The notes under the pieces: model-generated | Seen by the model: the letters and a program-made list of their open reading frames with translations, nothing else | What the model was told of the DNA's origin: nothing | The model's database searches: none | Virus record (IMG/VR): IMGVR_UViG_3300020154_000003 | Span: 248,001-312,000 of that record | Length of the DNA: 64,000 bases | Reading direction: 5' to 3' (one strand) | Part shown: positions 1-9,479 of the stretch, piece by piece | How the letters are laid out: each line of letters opens with the position of its first letter | How positions within the stretch are numbered: the first letter of the stretch is position 1 | Program-made: the position numbers and the translations under genes

Positions 1-64
1 TATTCAAATATACGCAAACCAGAGGAAAATGTTACAAAAAAGGCTACTTTTTTATCATCCTGAA

Positions 65-247
65 TTAAGGATGGAGGTAGTAAACAAGGGTGTTAAAGAC
101 AAGAAATGCAGCACCGAATGCTACTAGTATTGAAACCACTATTGAAATTTTTAACGCCCTTGCCCTTGCTTTATTTTTTGCGATCTCCTTCCTCACGTTT
201 CTTTTCAATAAATTGGTATAATAAGATGAACAGGATAAGAGTGACAT
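65..247 (-). CDS. small hypothetical membrane protein
   Basis: 60-aa ORF with basic stretch then hydrophobic C-terminal helix; TATTTATA motif 32 nt upstream. Confidence 0.5.
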   Translation of the reverse strand: MSLLSCSSYYTNLLKRNVRKEIAKNKARARALKISIVVSILVAFGAAFLVFNTLVYYLHP

Positions 248-289
248 AAAAGCTAATGAATAGGTTTATAAACATTCTTATAAATAGTA

Positions 290-1725
290 AAAGTTTTAGG
301 CAAGTGCATCGACCATTTGGGTTCGCAGCAATGGTCTTGCCTAAAACATAACTGAGAGTTTCTCAGTTTTTCTTTAAATAGTAACCCACGCCTTAATAGT
401 ATAGGTTCGGTTCTTACTCTGTTCGAGCACTGAGTTTTTCAGAACCTACGACTGTTTGTACATCTGCCAGTACGACCCACAGACAAATTACTGGCATCAT
501 GGTATTCCAATGGCTCTCACGTTCGCCAATCCTCTCTTCCCTCTCTTTTGCTTGGCCATCATGACGATGGTTTTCATTCTGACAAGGATCAAGGTCGCTA
601 CAATACTTACGGGTTTGTAGGGCATATTGCAAGCCCCTTGCAACACGACCGAGTTTTTTTAGAGATAGATAGAAATGCTTACTTATGTGTTCAAGTTCGG
701 CATCCCCGTGTGGCAGCTTTGCAATCCGTACTTCACGATGAATGAGACCGTGGAGCAAAGTTTTCTCTTTAAGTCGCTAACCATGCGACAGCCAGTCTTA
801 TTTTCAATGTCACGATCTAAAGGATGTTTAACAGTCGATCTTAATGGGTATTTCAAGGTTCCTGACTTCATCCACTACTACGAACCCTTTTTCGTAACCA
901 TGACATTCAAAAAAACAGCAACTACACAGAAGGTTTTTTAATGTTGTTTCACTCAATCAGCAGCTATACAACTGTGTAGTCCCTTACGTTATCCCCCTTA
1001 TCATCAGTGTGGCCACACGGATTTACGGTTGGTTCCCATATCAGTTTACCGTTCAAAAATCATTATGTTGTGATCAGCCATCGAGTACTTTTATCCACCA
1101 ACGCCACTCTATGTATTGGCGCACAACTTTGGCTGGCTATGGTCACCATCTTAAAATCACAACATTAAATAACATGTGGTCAGGGATTATGGCATCTCGC
1201 TTGCAGTGCCAAACTTGCGGATAATCCTCCCCTCCACAATGAGATAATAAATTGACGAATGATCGAGATTTATATAGCCGCGAAGTAGAACAACGCTCTC
1301 TTTCTGTGCTGCGCATTTATCGCCAATTTAAAATAAAAAATTAAGTCTCATCACTACAGTTGTAATGAGATTGTCGTAACTTCCTCTTACTTTCTTCAGA
1401 GCGAGATTTAATATGATCAGAGCGTACTCGCGAAGGAGCGACACATTTAAGCGTTCTAAGACCAGTACCGAAGTACCGACCCAATGAGTAATCACATTAC
1501 GAAACCAACTTTACCAACTTACTGTACGCATACACAGGTGTCATTACTCTGTTTACCAATGTGTGTCGGTGAGCCTCTGCAGCGAGACCCTTGGCTTAAT
1601 TTCTATTTTTTCAAAGAACAATGAGGTGCAGGAAGGTCGGTTATGCCTCCTTTTTCCAATACGTACATTTAAACGTTCATCCTGCAAACCTTGCAGTAAC
1701 CACACCTCCAACCCTATAGGAGTTG
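290..1725 (-). ncRNA. candidate large structured non-coding RNA (family unassigned; boundaries approximate)
   Basis: No ORF resembling neighbouring genes; visibly less AT-rich; many helices that favour the minus strand via G-U pairs (cUUCGg hairpin 1463-1478, 9-bp stem 1346-1370, 9-bp helix 921-929/972-980, hairpin 293-347); follows a tRNA-like element. Confidence 0.6.
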
Positions 1726-1729
1726 TTTG

Positions 1730-1819
1730 TAGGGGTGAGAGGATTCGAACCTCCACTCTTCGGGGCTTCAGTAATGCAACCACAGCCCCGATGTTTTATC
1801 CAGTTAAACTACCTCCCCT
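1730..1819 (-). tRNA. atypical tRNA-like element with extended anticodon arm; no encoded CCA; isotype not assignable
   Basis: Minus strand: D arm GTTT-AACTGGATA-AAAC, T arm GGAGG-TTCGAAT-CCTCT, imperfect acceptor AGGGGAG/CACCCCT, 8-bp stem TCGGGGCT/AGCCCCGA around a 16-nt loop. Confidence 0.75.
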
Positions 1820-1836
1820 GTAATCATATGCAATTA

Positions 1837-1859
1837 TACGGAGAATAATGTGAATTGTT
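1837..1859 (-). promoter_or_regulatory. ECF-type promoter motif AAC-N16-CGTA upstream of the tRNA-like element
   Basis: gtgAAC-16 nt-CGTAtaat on minus strand, 17 nt before the tRNA 5' end. Confidence 0.65.
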
Positions 1860-1863
1860 CACA

Positions 1864-2013
1864 CTATTCAATCTTTTTTCGACAAAATTCTTTATTCGCT
1901 TTTTTCTTTTTGTCAGGGACAACCATAGGTTTGGGCATGATATTAGTTTCACGACTAATTTTTTTAGCCATCTTAAGTCTGTCCAAATTCGTTATGGTTT
2001 TCTTCGTTTTCAA
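1864..2013 (-). CDS. small basic hypothetical protein (49 aa, TTG start; not in ORF track)
   Basis: Read manually: MKTKKTITNLDRLKMAKKISRETNIMPKPMVVPDKKKKANKEFCRKKIE; start overlaps upstream stop (TTGA). Confidence 0.55.
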   Translation of the reverse strand: MKTKKTITNLDRLKMAKKISRETNIMPKPMVVPDKKKKANKEFCRKKIE

Positions 2014-2240
2014 AATCCTATAAATCTATATACTGGAAGTACTGTAAATTGGGAATGTTGCCACCTCTCCGAATTCTCAGCATGAGCCAAAGCCTCTTCC
2101 ACCGTATCAAACTCCTGTTCTTCACGATAATCAGGGCCGTAATTATTCCCTGAAGGATCGGTTAAAGTTAATGTAAATGAACCATTTATTGAGGTTTCAA
2201 TCAGAAACACTAAACGATATTTTGTTACTAAACGCTTCAT
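2010..2240 (-). CDS. hypothetical protein
   Basis: 76-aa ORF in a tightly packed minus-strand run. Confidence 0.65.
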   Translation of the reverse strand: MKRLVTKYRLVFLIETSINGSFTLTLTDPSGNNYGPDYREEQEFDTVEEALAHAENSERWQHSQFTVLPVYRFIGF

Positions 2241-2245
2241 AACTA

Positions 2246-2467
2246 TTAATTAAGTATGACAAAAATCAATGCTTTCGGGTTATATACATTATAACACCAA
2301 TCAATTACTGGCTGTTTCGTTATCCAGTACATCTGTGTTGTTTTCAGATTCGCTTTGCGAAACTCCATGAGCAATTCAAGATCACCGAAGCCTGATTCAA
2401 ACAGGACTTCGTGTGATATTAAAGATGACTTCAAATCTTCGATATTAGCTGGTTCAATATGTTCCAT
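2246..2467 (-). CDS. hypothetical protein
   Basis: 73-aa ORF, co-oriented, short gaps. Confidence 0.65.
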   Translation of the reverse strand: MEHIEPANIEDLKSSLISHEVLFESGFGDLELLMEFRKANLKTTQMYWITKQPVIDWCYNVYNPKALIFVILN

Positions 2468-2476
2468 AACTTTATT

Positions 2477-3565
2477 TTATAAATCGTCATCACTATTATT
2501 AATAAATGGCTTACACCATTTTGGTCTCACAAGAGGCCAAATGTTTCTGCTAATGTCCTTCCCATCCATAAGACTGAACACCAGCTTGGAGTTAGTGCAA
2601 TTCTTAAACACATATTCTGCCATTTCCTTTCTTGAAGAAAAGTTTTGTAACATGACTTCACGGTGTTCCAACATAGCACGTTCGTGGACTTCATTGAATC
2701 GATCCGTAAGTTCTTGCACAGTCTTTTTGATGAACTGGTCAAATTCATCAGGTGTTCTATCCAATAATTCATCGAATGATTTTCCATCTCTCAAATGCTC
2801 CCATACAATCACATTCGAAACGTTAGTTACGATGCTATGCAAACGGCAGTATTCTTCGAACTTCATTTTCACTCTGAATCCGTTGATGAACTTAGCAATA
2901 TATCCTTCACGGTTGGAGTCCTGCACATCCCTTACTTTTTCAAGGTCAGTAAACCCATCGTATCTTTTAACAACTTCAAAACCGATCTCTTCCAAAGGCA
3001 AGTCATTTCCAGTGGTATTGTCAATTACTGCCAACAATACCAGATCATCCTTCCCAAAGTAATCGCAGACAATCCTGTTTTCAGGATAGATGATTTCGAA
3101 CAGATATGTCGCACCTTTGTTCAACTTCTCAAAAGTGTGCTGGTATCTTTCGTACAGAACCTTGTTTGCGTGTTTAGCCTGATCGCTCTCAAAGCTTCCT
3201 CTGGAAGCGATATAAGGCTTGCCATTCAACCAATACAAAATACCCAACGAACCGTCCATCTTTTCGTATAGTTCGAAAGGAAGTGCAGGAATCTGCTCTG
3301 GTGTGTGTTCCTCATAATTGAAAAACTTGATGAATGGTCTAGCGACAATATTCATCTCACCATCAAGGATTAGTCCCCGTGTAAGCAAAGTGATCTCGTT
3401 CCACAATCTTTCGAATTGGGCCTTACGGGTATAGTTGTAGATGTACAGGTCTGCGTTAGGGTGTTTTTGCACCATGACGTATTCCTGAGCCAACATTTCC
3501 TTAAGTAATTCCTTATTCATATTATATACAGCTAGAAACTCACCCGATTTTGCCATCGGGGTCAA
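2477..3565 (-). CDS. T4 Rnl1-like RNA ligase
   Basis: Motif I EKMDGSLG; N-terminal YNYT...RGLILD...ARPFIKFFNY; FEIIYPENRIV; EGYI and RVKMKFEEY motifs. Confidence 0.9.
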   Translation of the reverse strand: MTPMAKSGEFLAVYNMNKELLKEMLAQEYVMVQKHPNADLYIYNYTRKAQFERLWNEITLLTRGLILDGEMNIVARPFIKFFNYEEHTPEQIPALPFELYEKMDGSLGILYWLNGKPYIASRGSFESDQAKHANKVLYERYQHTFEKLNKGATYLFEIIYPENRIVCDYFGKDDLVLLAVIDNTTGNDLPLEEIGFEVVKRYDGFTDLEKVRDVQDSNREGYIAKFINGFRVKMKFEEYCRLHSIVTNVSNVIVWEHLRDGKSFDELLDRTPDEFDQFIKKTVQELTDRFNEVHERAMLEHREVMLQNFSSRKEMAEYVFKNCTNSKLVFSLMDGKDISRNIWPLVRPKWCKPFINNSDDDL

Positions 3566-3568
3566 AAT

Positions 3569-3853
3569 TTATTTTTTTAGTATTGAAAAGCCCTTTTGCT
3601 TCATTTTTGTGGTATATTGCTCAAACGGGACAACCACGATGTCGATATAAGCGTCAATAATTGACACAGGTAAACTTCTCATGGTCGCTGACTTGCCCAA
3701 CCAGATTTTATTGATCTCGTCCAAGCCGATCAATTCAACATACTGCGCGAAATTCCCATCTTTCTTTTTTCGGTAGAGCACATCTTTTACTTTTAATTCA
3801 TATCCCATTGATTGGTATTGTGTTACCAGTACTTTCGTTTTGAATGGTGTCAT
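3569..3853 (-). CDS. hypothetical protein
   Basis: 94-aa ORF abutting the ligase gene. Confidence 0.7.
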   Translation of the reverse strand: MTPFKTKVLVTQYQSMGYELKVKDVLYRKKKDGNFAQYVELIGLDEINKIWLGKSATMRSLPVSIIDAYIDIVVVPFEQYTTKMKQKGFSILKK

Positions 3854-3887
3854 CTTGCACTCCCCGCAGTTTAGAAAATCATGTAAT

Positions 3888-4136
3888 TTATTCGAACATT
3901 TTTAATTGTTTTGATTGATCAGTGTAAAGTTTCTCAATGGTGATTATCCTATCCAGCAACTCATTGGCATCCTCATTACCAGTTGTAATGAAATGTCTGT
4001 CAGCCTTTAATAGAAGTTCCCGTGGCGTATTCTTAATTAAGAAATCATATCTCCGCTTGATTTTGCTCGACAACGTGGCCTGTAGTTCCAACGTTTTAGT
4101 GTATTGTTTCAGCAAATCTACTCCGTACTGTTTCAT
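3888..4136 (-). CDS. hypothetical protein
   Basis: 82-aa ORF with promoter motif upstream. Confidence 0.7.
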   Translation of the reverse strand: MKQYGVDLLKQYTKTLELQATLSSKIKRRYDFLIKNTPRELLLKADRHFITTGNEDANELLDRIITIEKLYTDQSKQLKMFE

Positions 4137-4162
4137 AATAAATAAATACCCACCATCAAATA

Positions 4163-4185
4163 TACGTGTATTTTGTAAATAAGTT
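4163..4185 (-). promoter_or_regulatory. ECF-type promoter motif AAC-N16-CGTA
   Basis: ttgtAAC-16 nt-CGTAtatttg, intergenic; also contains TAnnTTTG. Confidence 0.65.
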
Positions 4186-4187
4186 AC

Positions 4188-4218
4188 AAAAAAAGGGTGA
4201 TATTGCTATCACCCTTTT
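4188..4218 (-). terminator. intrinsic terminator after rIIB-like gene
   Basis: AAAAGGGTGATA-GCAA-TATCACCCTTTT followed by further Ts. Confidence 0.8.
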
Positions 4219-4246
4219 CACAAACAGTACAGAAACAAACAGTATT

Positions 4247-5413
4247 TTATTGGTTCAGGATGGTATTCAAATCAACCAATCTGGATTCAAGTATCTTTTT
4301 GTAATCAAGCTGATTGGGTGCCGATCTCACTCCATTATTTTCTGCTTGTTGGATAGCATCCAGATCACGCTCAACCTGTTCCTTCTCATATGCTGAGTAG
4401 TCGGTTTCGAAGTATGGTTGTTCAAGCACGTCAAAATGAGTACCCTTTTCGTCCTTCGATACATTCAGGACAGCATACGGATAGTATTCAGCAGTCCTCA
4501 TTTTTGTTGACTCGCTGCTCGGAACGTGAATGACATGTGCTGGATTCACGAGTACCATCAATACGGTCTCACCTTGATTGTAGAACCATTTCACATATGG
4601 TGTTGAACCAACGTGTAAACCATTTGAACTACATTCAACCGTATGAGGTTCAAACTGGCGTTCCTTCCTAACTGCTTCTCCCAACATGATTCGGGTTGTG
4701 CCGTTATGCTTGTCGGTATAGACAACTTTATCGGTAGCAGCGTCAATTTTATCAAATAGATCAGATAGGTTACCAACAAATTTAACGTTCTCGTTCAGAT
4801 CAGGGATGACACTATCATCAAGAACGGAATTCATGACGATGTAGGTGTTCTTCGTAGTATCTCTCAATACTGAATAGTTCTTCGGAGATTTTTTGTTCAG
4901 CTTAACCCTCTTATACTTTTCCTGAACATATGCGACCAATTCCGCATCCATCGAGTTTTGGAGTGTTTTCACAACTTTGTAAGCAATGAAATATCCATTA
5001 TCAGTAATGGCGAACTGATATTGCTGCAGAAAATCAAATAACGTTTGGCGAATCTTCACATCTGGATTTAGCATGAGCAACTTCCAAAAATTGACCAGTG
5101 CTTCTGTGGGGAAGTTGTTGTCAATGTATTCCAAAAACGTGTTTACAAGTACTTCAGGAATCGGTTCATTGAAACCTTTCAGGAAGTATTGATCGTTTTC
5201 AGTTTCCAGAAAACCATGTACGACTGCTCGATACATGCGATTTAGACTAGTCAGAAGCGTATTCAATTCTCTTTCACCACCCCTCTTAGCTTCCAGCGCA
5301 AGTTTGAAGAATTCATCGGCCTGAGCCTTCTCTTCAAAGCTTTTTTGGTAAACATTACCATCAATCAAGAGATTGACTACTTTACCAATTTTATTTGCTA
5401 CGATTGTCGCCAT
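4247..5413 (-). CDS. rIIB: rIIB-like protein
   Basis: YFIAYKVV, CSSNGLHVG and VLVNPAHVIHVP...KMRTAEY motifs; directly downstream of rIIA-like gene. Confidence 0.8.
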   Translation of the reverse strand: MATIVANKIGKVVNLLIDGNVYQKSFEEKAQADEFFKLALEAKRGGERELNTLLTSLNRMYRAVVHGFLETENDQYFLKGFNEPIPEVLVNTFLEYIDNNFPTEALVNFWKLLMLNPDVKIRQTLFDFLQQYQFAITDNGYFIAYKVVKTLQNSMDAELVAYVQEKYKRVKLNKKSPKNYSVLRDTTKNTYIVMNSVLDDSVIPDLNENVKFVGNLSDLFDKIDAATDKVVYTDKHNGTTRIMLGEAVRKERQFEPHTVECSSNGLHVGSTPYVKWFYNQGETVLMVLVNPAHVIHVPSSESTKMRTAEYYPYAVLNVSKDEKGTHFDVLEQPYFETDYSAYEKEQVERDLDAIQQAENNGVRSAPNQLDYKKILESRLVDLNTILNQ

Positions 5414-5450
5414 TTTATTATTTTTATAAATTTGTTACAAAGTTACTGCT

Positions 5451-7643
5451 TTATTTTACGTAAACCAACTTAATAAGTTTCATCAATTCAGGGTTTTTTG
5501 TTGCGTCATCCCATTTACTATCAGGAATATTGATGTAGTCCAACATTGTGTTTTTCTCCATCTGCTGTTCCATGTAGGCTAACTCTTTCTCGAAACCTGC
5601 AGTCAATTTATTTTCATCGATTTGAAGCAGTGTAAAGTCAATCGGAAGGTGTTTCTGAGATAAGGATTTAACTTTATTATAGTGATTCTCAACACTTTTA
5701 CTGTACACTTTCAATTTCTTATCAACGGTGGTCAGTGCTTTGTTGAAGAAAAGAGAATTCAAATTCTCATACCTATCAACGAATTTCTTTGCTTGAAGAA
5801 TGGAGATCACCTTATCACGTTTCTTCATGATGAACTTCTTGATGAAGAGTGAATGATGAATTACGTTTTTGAAGTTCTTCACAAATCCCTCATTACCCTT
5901 AGCGATTGCAATGAATTTGATTTTTTTGTTAGAACCTAAAAGATAATCTCTGTAGTTGTTCTTCGTGCTCTTAGCTACGTCCAATTGTTCTGTCAGTTCG
6001 TAATAATTGCTAAGAGTGCGTTCATCATCTTTGAAACCATATACAATAGTCCCTTTGAAATCATGAAGCTGGCGCAGGATCACCCTTGTACGGTCATAAC
6101 CTCCTGCAATCGCATTTACGGGAATTTCGTGATCAAGAAGCACTTCATTCACCACATTCCTCTTCGGGATTTCAAAATATTCAGGTACAACGATGCTATC
6201 GTAGTGTTTCGTTTCTGCTTTGATTACGCCCATCACTTCATCCATAAGCATCATTGCTTCCTTTTCAATTTCAGGGCTGGATGGTAGAACCTTTCCATCA
6301 GATTTTGTGAGAAATACATCTTTCAAAATTTGATCGAACTTCTCATCGTAAGCATCTTTCACAGGTGAGATTGATACGTATACTCCTAACTCTGCTTTTA
6401 AATAAGCTTGTACACGTCTCTTTCTTTTAGTTCCAACAGGAGTGAAGATCAAATTATGCCATTTATGCATCGTTAGAAGTCCACCATCCCAAGTCTCTTT
6501 TCTGTAGCGTTTCTTACCAGTATTACCAATGGTGCGAATGTTAATGAGGGCATCAACAACAGAACTGGCACTCGGAATAAAAGGCAACGCTTTGTATTTC
6601 GGATATACCAACTCGCTACTTTTGGCAATAGTACCGATGAAAATAGATACGTCTTTCTTAGCATCGATAACAAGTCTACCGTATGCGTCTTTGCATTGGT
6701 AGTAATCTTTGATCGTAGAGATATTTTTATGCTGCGCCAACAGCATGTCCTTCAATTCTTGTTTTGCTGCTTCGATCTTCAGCTTGATCATTTTTTTTGT
6801 ATGATCATTATATTCAAGACTCTCACGGGAAGCACCAACGTTGAGTTCACCAATATCGAATCTCAAAGCCACAGGTATACTATGTTCCCTTTCATCAATA
6901 CCAATTGCATTGTAGTCTATAGGGTATGCCACACGTCCCAAACAGATGTGCATTTTGCTGGAATAGTCGTTTCCTCTGTAAAGGAAATTTTGGCCAGTAT
7001 AGATGACGTATTCGTTGATTACCGAGTTACTAAACCCTTCGAAAATCACATTTTCAAAGTAGTAAAGTTGACGGTTGATTTCTCTTTCAAAGTTGTAGAT
7101 GTCACTACCTTTGATCGGAACTTTGACAGTCGTTCCATTGCGTTCAATCGTATCCTCGGTCGAAAGAAGGTCAATGACAGGAGATTTTTGACCTTTGTAA
7201 ATACAGTAATAGTATTTTTTACCGTTGAAGTTGGTAACAATATAGAACGAATCTGTATACGCCAAAGGAGTTTTTCCACCAATACCGAAACCACCGATTT
7301 GGTTGTTATCACCTCTCTTTGTGGTTTTGAAATACTTCGCATAGATGGTAGCGATCCGTTCAGGGGACATACCAACTCCAACATCAATAAATTGAATGTA
7401 GTGTTGGCCATTTTCTTTTATCAGACGAATAACAACAGGCTCATTGATGTTAGCTTCTTTATGAGAATCGAAGCAATTGGATGTGATTTCACGAACGATT
7501 GAGCCGATGGGGTTTGAATAGATGTTTTTCGTAAACATCGCAAAGATCATTTCATCGGAATTTTCGTCAAATCCGAAGGCAATGGATTTTTCAGTGCCTA
7601 TCGATTCTACTGTTTCTTCTGAGAATGCGGTATTGAGTTTCAT
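5451..7643 (-). CDS. rIIA: rIIA-like protein (N-terminal GHKL ATPase)
   Basis: IYSNPIGSIVREITSNCFDSH, DVGVGMS, TKRGDNNQIGGFGIGGK, GELNVGASRESLEY. Confidence 0.85.
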   Translation of the reverse strand: MKLNTAFSEETVESIGTEKSIAFGFDENSDEMIFAMFTKNIYSNPIGSIVREITSNCFDSHKEANINEPVVIRLIKENGQHYIQFIDVGVGMSPERIATIYAKYFKTTKRGDNNQIGGFGIGGKTPLAYTDSFYIVTNFNGKKYYYCIYKGQKSPVIDLLSTEDTIERNGTTVKVPIKGSDIYNFEREINRQLYYFENVIFEGFSNSVINEYVIYTGQNFLYRGNDYSSKMHICLGRVAYPIDYNAIGIDEREHSIPVALRFDIGELNVGASRESLEYNDHTKKMIKLKIEAAKQELKDMLLAQHKNISTIKDYYQCKDAYGRLVIDAKKDVSIFIGTIAKSSELVYPKYKALPFIPSASSVVDALINIRTIGNTGKKRYRKETWDGGLLTMHKWHNLIFTPVGTKRKRRVQAYLKAELGVYVSISPVKDAYDEKFDQILKDVFLTKSDGKVLPSSPEIEKEAMMLMDEVMGVIKAETKHYDSIVVPEYFEIPKRNVVNEVLLDHEIPVNAIAGGYDRTRVILRQLHDFKGTIVYGFKDDERTLSNYYELTEQLDVAKSTKNNYRDYLLGSNKKIKFIAIAKGNEGFVKNFKNVIHHSLFIKKFIMKKRDKVISILQAKKFVDRYENLNSLFFNKALTTVDKKLKVYSKSVENHYNKVKSLSQKHLPIDFTLLQIDENKLTAGFEKELAYMEQQMEKNTMLDYINIPDSKWDDATKNPELMKLIKLVYVK
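5457..5479 (-). promoter_or_regulatory. ECF-type promoter motif AAC-N16-CGTA for rIIB, embedded in the rIIA 3' end
   Basis: aAAC-16 nt-CGTAaaat, 43 nt upstream of rIIB start. Confidence 0.5.
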
Positions 7644-7673
7644 TTCTGTTTACTGTTTGTTTGTATGGAGTTA

Positions 7674-7696
7674 TACGTAAACAATGTGAAAAAGTT
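7674..7696 (-). promoter_or_regulatory. ECF-type promoter motif AAC-N16-CGTA upstream of rIIA
   Basis: ttgtAAC-16 nt-CGTAtaac. Confidence 0.7.
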
Positions 7697-8129
7697 ACAA
7701 ATTAATGAATAAATCCTCTTCATACATTCTACTGCCCGGAAGCTGCGTATGAGCGATTATTTTGTCCCGATTCCTAATTAAGTGTTGGTGATTTACCTTA
7801 ATGCAGCTAAACTTAGTTGTCCCCACTGACACATATTGACTATAACCAGACCTCCTAGGCAGGGTAAAAGTCAATTCTCTAAAATCAATAATCTTATGTC
7901 TATGACCAGTTCTTAAACAAATAATATAGGTATCTTCATCTTTGACCCAATTGTCATTAAGAATCAGATACCCTTGACCAAGGCTTAGTAATATGTCCGC
8001 TTCAAGGTCGATCTTTCTACCTATTTTGACAGACAAATAATCCTCGATTTCATCCAAGTATTTATTATCCTCGTATGGATTTCCACCGCTAATTACAACA
8101 TTAATTTTATGTTTTTCTAATGCTGTCAC
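7695..8129 (-). CDS. hypothetical protein
   Basis: 144-aa ORF overlapping neighbour by 4 nt. Confidence 0.75.
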   Translation of the reverse strand: MTALEKHKINVVISGGNPYEDNKYLDEIEDYLSVKIGRKIDLEADILLSLGQGYLILNDNWVKDEDTYIICLRTGHRHKIIDFRELTFTLPRRSGYSQYVSVGTTKFSCIKVNHQHLIRNRDKIIAHTQLPGSRMYEEDLFINL

Positions 8130-8626
8130 AATTTTGCAAGTTCTTCCTTAAGAGACTTCAAATCTTCTTCCAATTTCTTTTTCTTCTCTGTAAGGGCGAG
8201 TTTGAGAACCCTTTTAACGTCCGAAGCTGACGCTTGCCTGCGGCCATTAAGTATCTGCCCTTCAACATCATTGAATGCAGACATCTTGATGACTTCTGAT
8301 TTAATTATTTTAGTACCGTCAGCAGCATAAACTTCCCATTCGAGATCGACATTCACCAACAGTGCTTTGGTACGTGCAGTAACTGCCGGTTTATTTTCTG
8401 TAATCTTGAAAGACTGTAATCTCCAATATGAGATGCCTGACTTTTCACCTTCACGAAGAAACCACTTTGTAGAATTCGTATTGATGAAACTTTTTAACAT
8501 GTCAGAAAGAAACTTAACACCCAATTCAGGAGTCGCTTTAAGTTGTTTCAGTATTTCTCTGCGTTCCTTGTCGATTTCACCAAGTCTCTTTGACAGTCTT
8601 TCAAATGAGGAAATTTTTATTGCCAT
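8126..8626 (-). CDS. hypothetical protein with coiled-coil ends
   Basis: 166-aa ORF. Confidence 0.75.
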   Translation of the reverse strand: MAIKISSFERLSKRLGEIDKERREILKQLKATPELGVKFLSDMLKSFINTNSTKWFLREGEKSGISYWRLQSFKITENKPAVTARTKALLVNVDLEWEVYAADGTKIIKSEVIKMSAFNDVEGQILNGRRQASASDVKRVLKLALTEKKKKLEEDLKSLKEELAKL

Positions 8627-8648
8627 TGTCTGTATTATTTAATTTTTT

Positions 8649-9479
8649 TTACATTCTAATTGATCTTACGTAGTCAATGTGTTCCTTACTCATTGGCACA
8701 CCAGTAAAATTGATTGCCAAGAATACCCGCAAAGCATCTTTGTCAGTTGTGTCTTCATCCAGTTCCACATAAAATAACTGTCGATAGGATAAAAATATAT
8801 GCTGCGCTTCGCTGGACAAATCTGAATAAAGATTACCATGCAAATCCGGGAATTTATCGTTATAGAATTCCCATAACGCATTGAATCTCTGTTTTCCATC
8901 AACTAAGTCTGCGAAAGCTGTGTGTTCAAATTTTCCTTCTTTGATACGGCTTTCAACCCAATCCCATGATCGTCTTCTAAACACGAATTTGCCGATTTCA
9001 ACATGGTTATAAATGGATTCAATCAGCATTTGTTTCTGCTCTAATGTCCATACCAACCCACGCTGGTATTCGACTTCATTCCCCTCACTATCGATGACTG
9101 TAGGGTCTTGACAAACCTCAGGGATTGTTTTTCCGTTCACTGACTCAAAACGTTTGCCTCTATCCCTCGCTTCGACACCACCCCGCCAGAATAGCTGCTC
9201 AATATCTATTGCATAAGCACTAGCCCTTAATTCAGGTTGAAATGGATTAGCACCAATTTCACGGACGCTTTTTCGTACTTCGGTAAGCTTTCTGGTTTGG
9301 AGTTCACGATACCCATGTCTTTCGAAAAAGACTGTATCTCCCTCTACCTTAAGTACTTCAACCAGTTCTTCGCTATCAGGTCGATTAAACGACATACCCT
9401 TCACATAGATGCCATCGCCCTTAATTAAGGGTTTTGCAAGGTATTCGGCTATGAGTTCCGCTTTGGTTTTTGCTTTCAT
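8649..9479 (-). CDS. DUF262 (GmrSD N-terminal, ParB/Srx-like) domain protein
   Basis: YQRGLVWT...QKQMLIESIY...IGKFVF, LVDGKQRFNAL, FLAINFTGVPM. Confidence 0.8.
   Translation of the reverse strand: MKAKTKAELIAEYLAKPLIKGDGIYVKGMSFNRPDSEELVEVLKVEGDTVFFERHGYRELQTRKLTEVRKSVREIGANPFQPELRASAYAIDIEQLFWRGGVEARDRGKRFESVNGKTIPEVCQDPTVIDSEGNEVEYQRGLVWTLEQKQMLIESIYNHVEIGKFVFRRRSWDWVESRIKEGKFEHTAFADLVDGKQRFNALWEFYNDKFPDLHGNLYSDLSSEAQHIFLSYRQLFYVELDEDTTDKDALRVFLAINFTGVPMSKEHIDYVRSIRM

Noticed and set aside
293-347. GTTTTAG-starting palindrome resembling a type II CRISPR repeat
   Set aside because: Single copy, no spacers and no cas genes in the window.
900-1400. GGGACTAC and GAGGAAG strings suggesting a group I intron P7 or RNase P RNA
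   Set aside because: I could not find the partner conserved elements (S sequence, GAGGAAAGUCC), flanking exons or a tmRNA tag; left unassigned pending cmscan.
414-1823. ORF-track calls 414-758, 548-745, 675-941, 683-871, 1009-1224, 1553-1783 and 1563-1823
   Set aside because: Mutually overlapping, atypical composition, no motifs, and two overlap the tRNA-like element; better explained as chance ORFs in structured RNA.
2355-7502. Long antisense ORFs (2355-3062, 2795-3271, 6696-7502; similar ones at 36097-36546 and 47679-48098)
   Set aside because: Shadow frames opposite well-supported genes, with no motifs or promoters.
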